Virus record (IMG/VR): IMGVR_UViG_3300038463_000730
Coordinates: 310,001 to 374,000 of that record
Direction: 5' to 3' (one strand)
Length of the DNA: 64,000 nucleotides
Under the pieces are notes generated by a model. The model ran no database searches, was not told the DNA's origin, and was given only the letters and a program-made list of their open reading frames with translations. A program made the translations under genes and the position numbers. Of the stretch, positions 55,990 through 63,692 are shown piece after piece (positions within the stretch are counted from its first letter, which is position 1; the number at the start of each line of letters is the position of its first letter).

Positions 55990-56499
55990 TCACCGAGGAC
56001 TTTGTGTTACAATATGATGAATAGAAGCTATTCCAAGAGGTTTTCCTGAGCGACCAACTAACCCAATCGACTTAGCTTCAGATACTATCTTCCTGATAGT
56101 CATCTTAGTTGCACGCATTGAGCACAATTGATTAATGATTGCTTGTTCTTTCTCATCAAGCACAAGGGTCTTGCCATCTGCCCCAACGCGCATCCCAAAA
56201 GGGGGAGTGCCAATCACTTCGCCTTTAAGTCTCTTTTTGGTCAATCCCGCATTGATTAGCGCTACATGACCTTTTCTGTGTAAATTATGCACTTTGCCAT
56301 GACAAGTTTCACACAGTGGTATTACCCGTTTACCGCCTAATACCACCGGAACAACATGATGCATCTCTTCAACCAGACCGCCGCATTCAAAACAGCAATC
56401 ACTATCTATTATTGGATTGAAGACTGCTTCTCTCACGAGATCCTTATTTCGAACAACATGATTCGCGTGGAGTATGCACGACCGGTAACCCTCTTCCAA
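55990..56499 (-). CDS. HNH endonuclease fused to a serine-recombinase-type DNA-binding domain
   Basis: CFEC...EMHHVVP...LCETCHGKVH then GEVIGTPPFGMR...DEKEQAII. Confidence 0.65.
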   Translation of the reverse strand: MEEGYRSCILHANHVVRNKDLVREAVFNPIIDSDCCFECGGLVEEMHHVVPVVLGGKRVIPLCETCHGKVHNLHRKGHVALINAGLTKKRLKGEVIGTPPFGMRVGADGKTLVLDEKEQAIINQLCSMRATKMTIRKIVSEAKSIGLVGRSGKPLGIASIHHIVTQSPR

Positions 56500-57409
56500 T
56501 ACTAGGCCGAGCTAGCTCAGGATGTTCTTTCATCCATGATTGGACGAACCACAATTGTCCGCATCCACCCCCGACATCGTCTTGTCCGGCCGGATCGAAT
56601 ACCCGTGTACTGAAACCACGGTCACCGAGTAGCTTCCTAAATCGTACGGCAAGCTCGCGTTGACGTTCATTGGCAGCAGCAATACTCTCATCGCGTTCAC
56701 AAATGACTGAGATAGTCGCTTCCCAAACATCGGGATCAAGCAACTCACGAATCTGGTCTGCATTAAGAACAGACGAATTCTTCTCGTGCGCACAATAGTT
56801 GAAAAAGGGTTTTCTCCCGACTTCACGAAACCACCGCTCGCCTTCCTTTGCAATCTCGGCCAAAGACAACTTTGCTTTGAACGGAATCAAATTGTCTCGA
56901 ACATCATCCGTCGATTCATGAACCGAGAATTGAAGACCCACAGTCGGTATCTGTTGTGACAACTTGATCACATCGTCATAGTTGATACGTGGTCCGATCG
57001 TGCTGATCAACAATGCGAACTTCGGGTACAACCGATACATCTCGTGGAAAGCCGGAACCAAGTTCTTCAGGTTCAGTAGCGGCTCGCCCATGCTCATGAC
57101 CATGATCTGTCCACGCTCGACCTTGGCCGGATCGATCCCCTTGTCCTTGAATAGATGTCGTGGTTGCGCGACGATTTCTTCCGCGGTCAAACTGCGAACG
57201 AAGTTGTCACCCGCTCCACAGAACCGACAACCCACCGGGCAACCGCTTTGTGTACTAATACACATGACGGTTCGCTCTTCGTATGTCGGATACTTATACA
57301 GTACCGATTCGGCGACTGCCGTGTCTTTTGAGAAGACATACTTCAGAACGTTCTCGTCTTTGCTCACAACCGTCTTGATATCATTCCACTGCGTATTATT
57401 CTGATTCAT
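56444..57409 (-). CDS. RlmN/Cfr-like radical SAM RNA methyltransferase
   Basis: CISTQSGCPVGCRFCGAG (CxxxCxxC), MSMGEP, SVH, C-terminal GGCGQL. Confidence 0.85.
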   Translation of the reverse strand: MNQNNTQWNDIKTVVSKDENVLKYVFSKDTAVAESVLYKYPTYEERTVMCISTQSGCPVGCRFCGAGDNFVRSLTAEEIVAQPRHLFKDKGIDPAKVERGQIMVMSMGEPLLNLKNLVPAFHEMYRLYPKFALLISTIGPRINYDDVIKLSQQIPTVGLQFSVHESTDDVRDNLIPFKAKLSLAEIAKEGERWFREVGRKPFFNYCAHEKNSSVLNADQIRELLDPDVWEATISVICERDESIAAANERQRELAVRFRKLLGDRGFSTRVFDPAGQDDVGGGCGQLWFVQSWMKEHPELARPSIGRGLPVVHTPRESCCSK

Positions 57410-57415
57410 TGTATT

Positions 57416-57805
57416 TCACTTTCCAAGTAGTTCGGCGTCTGTTATTTTCTGGATTCGCTCTTTCTCTGTCCTGAGCCGCTCGATACTGGTGAGCAAATCC
57501 TTGTTCGGGCTTCCGCCGAGTTTCTTGATCGTTCCAACGCTATTCATTGCGGTCGTGATATCGCGTTCGAGCTTGCGAAGGTCTTCTTCCAACTCTTCTC
57601 GTTTGTGAGAGAGTAGTTCTCTTCGAGTTGCATCGACCCGGTCCCGAATCTCCTTCGGGAGACGATCTCGTTGTCCATTGGTCTCGATGAATAGAGCCAA
57701 CTTGTGAGCTAAGCTCTGCGCCTTGCAAGCTCGGGTATGTTCGTGTTCCGCATTCTTTTTTGGTTGGACCGGAGGGTCTTCCATGTAATCACATCGACAG
57801 GGCAT
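57416..57805 (-). CDS. hypothetical protein
   Basis: MPCRCDY start, coiled coil. Confidence 0.65.
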   Translation of the reverse strand: MPCRCDYMEDPPVQPKKNAEHEHTRACKAQSLAHKLALFIETNGQRDRLPKEIRDRVDATRRELLSHKREELEEDLRKLERDITTAMNSVGTIKKLGGSPNKDLLTSIERLRTEKERIQKITDAELLGK

Positions 57806-57820
57806 AGTAATTCTCCATTT

Positions 57821-58093
57821 CTAAGCCAAACATCTTACCTTATTCCAAAGTCTCAAGCCTTCTTGTACCGATTCAGCTTTCTGGATTATCTTCCATGCTC
57901 GTTCGGCATCATATTGGGCTGCGAAACCTATAACCGTAATGCTCGGTACCTTAGTGTATTTCCCATAATAGTTTCTAGTTGATCCTTGTTTGCTGTAGTC
58001 TATTAGAGGACAGACTAAAGTAATATCATTATCCTGATCAACTATCGTACATAAGGTACCGGCATTGTTTCCTTTAACGTATAGTCCGATCAT
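57821..58093 (-). CDS. hypothetical protein
   Basis: 90 aa coupled ORF. Confidence 0.5.
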   Translation of the reverse strand: MIGLYVKGNNAGTLCTIVDQDNDITLVCPLIDYSKQGSTRNYYGKYTKVPSITVIGFAAQYDAERAWKIIQKAESVQEGLRLWNKVRCLA

Positions 58094-59121
58094 CGCCTAT
58101 AGCTGCGGCCTCCCTGTGTGAAGAAGTTGACGACGTGAAAGTGATCCTCGAAGAATTCCTCTTCGCGAGTCTGAAACTCACTGAGCGGCATCCACCAAGC
58201 TTTGTCCGCATCATCGGCTCCCTTCACCATCGGAAGCAAACCGCTTCCAAGATCGAAGTAGAACCCATGAGTAATCGTACGACCTCGAAGGCTACGACCT
58301 GGAGCATCGAAGACGTGTTCACCCTCGATTGACTTCATCAAGTCAGCTGCATTGACCTTAATGCCCGTCTCCTCGCGCAGCTCCCGCACACAACCATCCA
58401 CAATGAACTCGTGTTGATTGAGGAAGCCTCCAGGCAGGGCGATCAGGCCTTTACCGAGTGCGCCCTTTCTACGAACAACCAGTACGTGCCCTGACTTGAT
58501 CACGATCGCATCGGTCGTAACGAATGTTGGGCTGAACGGAGCGCCGCGCCATTCTTCCTTGTATTGGTTGATATGATCAAACTCCGCCTTCAACCGCTCG
58601 AACTGAGCGGTCTTCTGGAACTCGACCATGAACTCCGCAGTCTTCGGATGGACGAACTTTTTGAAGCCCGCGTCCAGCGTGAAGTACAGGTTTCGGATGT
58701 CTGTAGCGTGTGTAGGGACATCCGTCTTGAAGTCAATAGGTTCGCCCCACTGCGGGAAGAGGTTCATGTAGTAGCTTGACCTATCGCTTTTGTGCCCTAT
58801 CAACTTAACGTTGTCAGAGTACTCAGTATAGTCAGCGACCTTCTGCTGAATCTCTACGATCCAGTTATTCTCCTGGTAGAGATAATCCCGAATCGGAATG
58901 AACTCTACGCGAGCGTTCTGCTCGGGAGTCAACGTGACGCGAATCATCTGTTCGCGTTCGTCAGATGTCCAAGGGTTCTTGCTGGTGGGCGCTTTCTTAT
59001 GGCTACCCAGCACGACAATTACCTTCTCCGCCAATGTCAGACCCTCTTGCAGGATCATGTTATGACCGAGGTGGAACGGTTCGAAACGACCAATAAATAC
59101 GACGTGGCTTAGCTTTTGCAT
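58090..59121 (-). CDS. nadM: bifunctional NMN adenylyltransferase / ADP-ribose pyrophosphatase (NadM-Nudix)
   Basis: FIGRFEPFHLGH (HxGH) cytidyltransferase-like domain; ALPGGFLNQHE...VRELREETG Nudix; SLRGRTITH. Confidence 0.94.
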   Translation of the reverse strand: MQKLSHVVFIGRFEPFHLGHNMILQEGLTLAEKVIVVLGSHKKAPTSKNPWTSDEREQMIRVTLTPEQNARVEFIPIRDYLYQENNWIVEIQQKVADYTEYSDNVKLIGHKSDRSSYYMNLFPQWGEPIDFKTDVPTHATDIRNLYFTLDAGFKKFVHPKTAEFMVEFQKTAQFERLKAEFDHINQYKEEWRGAPFSPTFVTTDAIVIKSGHVLVVRRKGALGKGLIALPGGFLNQHEFIVDGCVRELREETGIKVNAADLMKSIEGEHVFDAPGRSLRGRTITHGFYFDLGSGLLPMVKGADDADKAWWMPLSEFQTREEEFFEDHFHVVNFFTQGGRSYRR

Positions 59122-59228
59122 TTCACTCTCCGTGGTAACAACGAGTAACGCTCCCTCACTGGGAACTTCGTCGAGAACTTTTTAGGGTTCGCCTAATATG
59201 CGTCAAGTTGCCCAGAACTTGATCTCGA

Positions 59229-59522
59229 CTAAATAAACACTTCGAGCTTTTTCGGTAACATCAAAAACCTGTCGGATATCGCAGCAGCCTCAATTGCTGC
59301 CATGGCTTCTCCACGTGTGGGATAAGTTTTGCGCCATGCCGAACAAGAAGAGACAACCGGTCCACCGTAGTAATCGGCGCACCATACATAACTCTTTTGA
59401 TCGATATTCCAACCGTCACGGACTACCAATCCAAGTTGATATTCCAACCGTCCCATTGTTACGAGATAGCCTGCCAGTCCAGAATCATCAACAATCCATC
59501 GGCAGATAGTCATAGGAAACAC
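59229..59522 (-). CDS. LxPW-family hypothetical protein
   Basis: TRGEAMAAIEAAAISDRFLMLPKKLEVFI. Confidence 0.55.
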   Translation of the reverse strand: MFPMTICRWIVDDSGLAGYLVTMGRLEYQLGLVVRDGWNIDQKSYVWCADYYGGPVVSSCSAWRKTYPTRGEAMAAIEAAAISDRFLMLPKKLEVFI

Positions 59523-59773
59523 TTATGTTTCTCGGACAACATTGTGTACCCGTATTCTTTCGCCATCTTCTCAAGTCTAGTGTGACCTTCATCGAATGAA
59601 TCAACATAGACTCCAGAGTTGTATACAGCGCGATCTCTTTTCGGTTTGATTAGAACCTATATTCAATTGCAAAGTGTGAACGATAACTTGCCCAGTTTTA
59701 CAATCAACAACGTCCCACTCGACGCAATCTTCGCCTTCAATCTTAAGCGTTCGAGATTCCCAACGACAGTACT

Positions 59774-60055
59774 TCATAACATCACGATCAGCCGTTGTGG
59801 CGCGATGATGTACCCATGTTCGATAGCGTACTTGTCTGCCGTGTCCTTGGCATTTTCCAGGCTTTCATTGTTAATGAATCTCTTGGTCGGAAACCAGTGT
59901 TCGTAAACATACGATAAAAATTCTTCCGGATTGGAAGAGTATGTATCGAATGCCGTTAATCGCATCTGACCAAAACTATCATGACGTTCCCACAATCCAA
60001 CCGAGGTCCGTTGCCACGGACCGAGCACTATTTTCTTTAGCGTAACATGAGTCAT
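59774..60055 (-). CDS. LxPW-family hypothetical protein
   Basis: IVLGPW...SLENAKDTADKYAIEHGYIIAPQRLIVML; start moved to ATG 60055. Confidence 0.65.
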   Translation of the reverse strand: MTHVTLKKIVLGPWQRTSVGLWERHDSFGQMRLTAFDTYSSNPEEFLSYVYEHWFPTKRFINNESLENAKDTADKYAIEHGYIIAPQRLIVML

Positions 60056-60306
60056 AGCATGCATTGGTGCTTGTCGGACAGGAGAAGGTAACCTAGGTCT
60101 ACTAGTGCGGCTTCGGCTCGTGCTACGCATTGCTCGATCGTTTCACCAAATCCCTCGTCATAATGACTGGTTGCTGGATTCCATACACCGTAATCAAACT
60201 TGCCGTTCCGGTAGAAGATGATCGCGATCAATGCTCCGTTCGTAGCTGTTCTGGTAACATGGAACTGAGAGACCTCCCAAGGTTTCAGGATAATCTTCTG
60301 GCTCAT
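60052..60306 (-). CDS. LxPW-family hypothetical protein
   Basis: IILKPW...ARAEAALVDLGYLLLSDKHQCML. Confidence 0.65.
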   Translation of the reverse strand: MSQKIILKPWEVSQFHVTRTATNGALIAIIFYRNGKFDYGVWNPATSHYDEGFGETIEQCVARAEAALVDLGYLLLSDKHQCML

Positions 60307-60593
60307 AACATGCTTCTATACTTGTCTTTTAAACAGCGAAAGCCAATACCAGTTGCCATCTTGTCTGCAATCATCTTGGCTTCTTCAAGTGAAGACGGTC
60401 TTGCCGCACCTTCACTTATACAATGGTCTTTTGAGTTGTAGACAAAGATATTATAGGTATTCTCAATGGCATTGAATAGAACGATGCATTGAGAATGTTC
60501 GAACCGTTTATTCTTTCGAACATATACCTTGTTTCCAATTTCTACCCACGGTAGCAAGATAAATCGGTCATCTTTTGGTGATGTGCTGGCCAT
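60303..60593 (-). CDS. LxPW-family hypothetical protein
   Basis: ILLPW...SLEEAKMIADKMATGIGFRCLKDKYRSML. Confidence 0.65.
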   Translation of the reverse strand: MASTSPKDDRFILLPWVEIGNKVYVRKNKRFEHSQCIVLFNAIENTYNIFVYNSKDHCISEGAARPSSLEEAKMIADKMATGIGFRCLKDKYRSML

Positions 60594-60616
60594 GATGACG
60601 TAGTATCCTCCGCGAA

Positions 60617-60895
60617 CTAGAGCATGCATTTTAGTTTCTCGAACTCTTCTTCTGTCAAGAGTCTGTAGAATCGACGAGCAACGCAGTCCGCTCGATTCAT
60701 CGCCTCTCCAATCGTCGGACCGGAGCCTTGAAGTATCTCGCCGTTATCGTAAACGTACCAACCCCAAGGTTCTTTCCTCGAATCAACAAGAGTATTGTCC
60801 AATACTAGGTGAACTCGAACATATCCGTCCGTTCCTTTACGATGCCATGGGTAAAGTTGGTCGTCTGTAGAGACTTCCCAAGGCAAAAGAATCAT
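60617..60895 (-). CDS. LxPW-family hypothetical protein
   Basis: MILLPW...TIGEAMNRAD...EKLKCML. Confidence 0.65.
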   Translation of the reverse strand: MILLPWEVSTDDQLYPWHRKGTDGYVRVHLVLDNTLVDSRKEPWGWYVYDNGEILQGSGPTIGEAMNRADCVARRFYRLLTEEEFEKLKCML

Positions 60896-61230
60896 AAGAA
60901 CGCTCGATGCTTGACTTTTGTCAGCAGAAAACCAAATTCTCGAAGCTTTTTATCAGCGGCAAACTTCGCTTTACGTACAGAATCGATATTCTCCGAATAA
61001 CCGGAGTCCTCCGACCCTGGTAAGTGGTAAACAAGGTACTGCCAGATCTCATTGTTAGGATAAATCATCGCAACAATTGATCCGTTGACGTTTTTTCTAT
61101 AATAAGATGGTACGGTATGGTATTGGGAATAGGTCGTTACCCAAGGTAGAACCATACGATACCTAGCGATCGTGTCTGCCACGGCTTTTCCCTGTTTTTG
61201 CTCTGGATTGACGTATCCGTTTCGCCTCAT
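60892..61230 (-). CDS. LxPW-family hypothetical protein
   Basis: MVLPW...KAKFAADKKLREFGFLLTKVKHRAFL. Confidence 0.65.
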   Translation of the reverse strand: MRRNGYVNPEQKQGKAVADTIARYRMVLPWVTTYSQYHTVPSYYRKNVNGSIVAMIYPNNEIWQYLVYHLPGSEDSGYSENIDSVRKAKFAADKKLREFGFLLTKVKHRAFL

Positions 61231-61603
61231 CCGAGCCAGGAACGTGCGGACGCTTGTTTAGTTCGTACAATATGTCCTTTAATAGGATCGTAACCGATCT
61301 AAATGTCGCCGCATTCTTTTGATTTGAGCCCGTAATTGGAAGAGCCGGATCGAAACGAAGATTCGGTGTATGACCTGATTGATACCGGTATACCGCGTAG
61401 AGTGGTGGGGTAGTGTGCTCATCATAAACCACGCCATTCTCGTCCTCGATCAACCCATCCCCGAGGTTATGCGTACTACGCAAGTTGTTTTTGTAACATG
61501 AGTCACGCAATGTTAGAAGTTGGCGCGTCGGAATCTTCTCGACCTCCGATGGCGTAGCTTCTTCGTAATCAGGTTTACGAGGCATAGATTTTCTAGGCAT
61601 CAT
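61163..61603 (-). CDS. hypothetical protein
   Basis: IPTRQLLTLRD...LYELNKRPHVP...AKRIRQSRAK. Confidence 0.6.
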   Translation of the reverse strand: MMPRKSMPRKPDYEEATPSEVEKIPTRQLLTLRDSCYKNNLRSTHNLGDGLIEDENGVVYDEHTTPPLYAVYRYQSGHTPNLRFDPALPITGSNQKNAATFRSVTILLKDILYELNKRPHVPGSDEAKRIRQSRAKTGKSRGRHDR

Positions 61604-61896
61604 TGCTGTTGGCTTTCATAGTCGAAGATGAGTTGCTGAAGATAGTTTGCGCGAAGATTAATCCAACGCAATAACCCGAGCATCACTAGCATCGGTCCCA
61701 ACATACAAAGATCCTCCGGCCTCTTGAGAAAGAGGCCTTCGCAAAATATTGCGCTGATTACGGCCAGGATGATCGCTCCGATCACAGTTATGATCCGCCA
61801 CGCAACAAGCGCTTCCTCGGCTTTTTTGAACTCCGACTCCGAAATCCTGCGTTTACGTGGCTGTTTCAACGTGAATTCGTTTTCGCTGATGTCCAT
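61600..61896 (-). CDS. membrane protein
   Basis: Start moved to ATG 61896; two TM helices. Confidence 0.55.
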   Translation of the reverse strand: MDISENEFTLKQPRKRRISESEFKKAEEALVAWRIITVIGAIILAVISAIFCEGLFLKRPEDLCMLGPMLVMLGLLRWINLRANYLQQLIFDYESQQQ

Positions 61897-61954
61897 CACT
61901 AACTCAGGATCTTCGGACCGACCGCTCGACTTCCGAGCGCATTGAAAGATTTGA

Positions 61955-62212
61955 TCACTGAAAAATCGAAAACCGTTCGCCAAGCAAACGGTAGCCCAAT
62001 TCTTTAGCTTTTCGATCGACAATCTCCACGCCTTCGTCTTTCGTCTGGCAATGCCCCTGCAATATATGCCCGTCTTCTCTAATCAGCATCCAAAACCAGC
62101 TGTCTTCAAACGGATCTTTTATCACCTTGTGGATAAATCTACGATTCGTCCCAACTTCCTGACGCCAAAAGATTCTTTCGGAAAGAGTTTGCCAGGGACC
62201 GTGTATCCGCAT
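61955..62212 (-). CDS. LxPW-family hypothetical protein
   Basis: IHGPW...TKDEGVEIVDRKAKELGYRLLGERFSIFQ. Confidence 0.65.
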   Translation of the reverse strand: MRIHGPWQTLSERIFWRQEVGTNRRFIHKVIKDPFEDSWFWMLIREDGHILQGHCQTKDEGVEIVDRKAKELGYRLLGERFSIFQ

Positions 62213-62267
62213 CTTAAGCAGATATCGAAATATCCATACAGGCTTCCACTACGACTTCGTACGGCTT

Positions 62268-62304
62268 AAAGAGGAAAGGCGACCTAGCCTGGTCGCCTCT
62301 CCCG
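62268..62304 (-). terminator. intrinsic terminator after the permuted tRNA-like RNAs
   Basis: Minus strand GGGAGAGGCGACC-AGGCTA-GGTCGCCTTTCC-TCTTT. Confidence 0.65.
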
Positions 62305-62361
62305 TTCGTTTTACAAAAACAAAGTTTGTAATGGCCGTTTTTACGAAGTACTCATACGTTT

Positions 62362-62541
62362 AAAACAAGAAGTCACATTGAAGGTCGCTATTATCCTGCC
62401 ATTAGACGACTTCCCCGCTAAAGACACAAACCACCAGTCTTTAGTGTTGCTATTTTACAAGTCGTGCCTCAACGAGCTTGTATCCTTAGCGGGGAAGGTT
62501 AGAATTGAACTAACATATAGCTGAACCTAGCTTCTTATTTT
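62362..62541 (-). ncRNA. circularly permuted tRNA-like RNA B (Y-RNA/YrlA-like topology)
   Basis: T arm + acceptor 3' strand CTTCCCC (62491-62514) precede the acceptor 5' strand GGGGAAG + D arm (62393-62416); the ends pair as a long stem in place of the anticodon arm. Confidence 0.72.
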
Positions 62542-62572
62542 TCGACTAAGCACCTCATTGGCGATTTAACTT

Positions 62573-62758
62573 GGAATGATAGTCTAAAGTATCATGTGGT
62601 CTAAGCTTTTGCCTCTGCCATTCGGCTACCTCCTCAGATGGCCGGTCTAAACCGGTCGTTTTTATGCAACCGAAGTTGCGGCGAGGAGGGCAGGACTTGA
62701 ACCTGCAAATTTAAGCTGTCCGAAGTACTGAAGATTGATTCTAAGTTTGTGTCATTCC
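62573..62758 (-). ncRNA. circularly permuted tRNA-like RNA A (Y-RNA/YrlA-like topology)
   Basis: GCAGG-TTCAAGT-CCTGC + CCTCCTC (62683-62706) precede GAGGAGG + D arm (62611-62635); outer stem GGAATGA/TCATTCC. Confidence 0.72.
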
Positions 62759-62810
62759 TAACATCCGATTCGGCCGAAGCCGTTCCGGAATCCTTTGGTT
62801 CCCGCGAACG

Positions 62811-63557
62811 TTACTTCGCGAACAAGAAACCGAAAACCTTATTACCGACGTGCTGCTGGCTCACATCTGTGTTGTTGGCAGCCTCGCGAGCAAACTTCAC
62901 CGCGTTCTGCAACTTCTCGACCCGACGAAGCAACTCGGTTGCTCTGGCCTGCGGCAACGCGCCAGACGCCTTCACCGTGCTCCACGTTCCGACCAGGACG
63001 TCCTCGGAGAAGACATCAACTTGTGCCGGGTGTTTGTCCGTTGCGGGAGCCTTGACGTGGTTCCGCATGACCTTCTTTGTCTTCACCGTCTCGCTGGCCG
63101 GTGTGACGAAGTTATTCGTCGCGTTGCTAAACTCCCAATGCTCAGACGGATCCAGAACGGGAAGCTTCTTCACGAAGGTGTGAATATCAACCAGTTCCTT
63201 CTCCAAGAAGAGAAGATACGTGACCGGAACCTGGGCGAGCAATGTCACCCCATCCACCACGACATCTCCAACAGCCTTCGTGTTACCCCAGTCCTTTGTC
63301 GCCGTGACATCGAATTTCTTCGAAAGAATCTCGGTCGTCTTGTCGAGCATTTCCTCGACCGTCACCTGAACGCGAGTCTCCTCTGAGGGAAGCTTGTCGC
63401 CTTCCTCATCCTTCGGAGAGTACTTCCGCGCAATGCCCTGGAGCAGTGCGGGCTTCTGCAAAGCGTGATGCGCCTCGGTCAACTCAGAGTGTGACCGTGA
63501 CTTCGTGCCCTTCTCGATTGCGATGATCTGATTTAGTTTAACTGTGCTCATGTTCAT
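62811..63557 (-). CDS. conserved protein of unknown function (248 aa)
   Basis: KLNQIIAIEKG...TATKDWGN...VPVTYLLFLEK...KLPVLDP...HPAQV...SGALP; GC-rich codons; resembles a family I recall from diverse bacteria (not verified). Confidence 0.85.
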   Translation of the reverse strand: MNMSTVKLNQIIAIEKGTKSRSHSELTEAHHALQKPALLQGIARKYSPKDEEGDKLPSEETRVQVTVEEMLDKTTEILSKKFDVTATKDWGNTKAVGDVVVDGVTLLAQVPVTYLLFLEKELVDIHTFVKKLPVLDPSEHWEFSNATNNFVTPASETVKTKKVMRNHVKAPATDKHPAQVDVFSEDVLVGTWSTVKASGALPQARATELLRRVEKLQNAVKFAREAANNTDVSQQHVGNKVFGFLFAK

Positions 63558-63599
63558 TTCTCCGTATCTTAATTTCTCGTAAACGTCTTTCCCATTTAG

Positions 63600-63674
63600 A
63601 GCCCACAGCTGGATTCAAACCAACGACTCCGCAGCACGAAGGCCGCGTACTCTGATCAACTGAGTTATGTGGGC
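63600..63674 (-). tRNA. atypical tRNA (Thr-like body; CGT/TCG ambiguous)
   Basis: GCCCACA/TGTGGGC acceptor; anticodon arm CGCGG-CCTTCGTG-CTGCG (8-nt loop); T loop TTTGAAT. Confidence 0.55.
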
Positions 63675-63692
63675 AAAACTGTTACCGTAACT

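Noticed and set aside
59122-59215. NrtR operator or strong promoter upstream of nadM
   Set aside because: Only a weak TTGACG-16-TAAAAA match and no convincing GT-N7-AC palindrome
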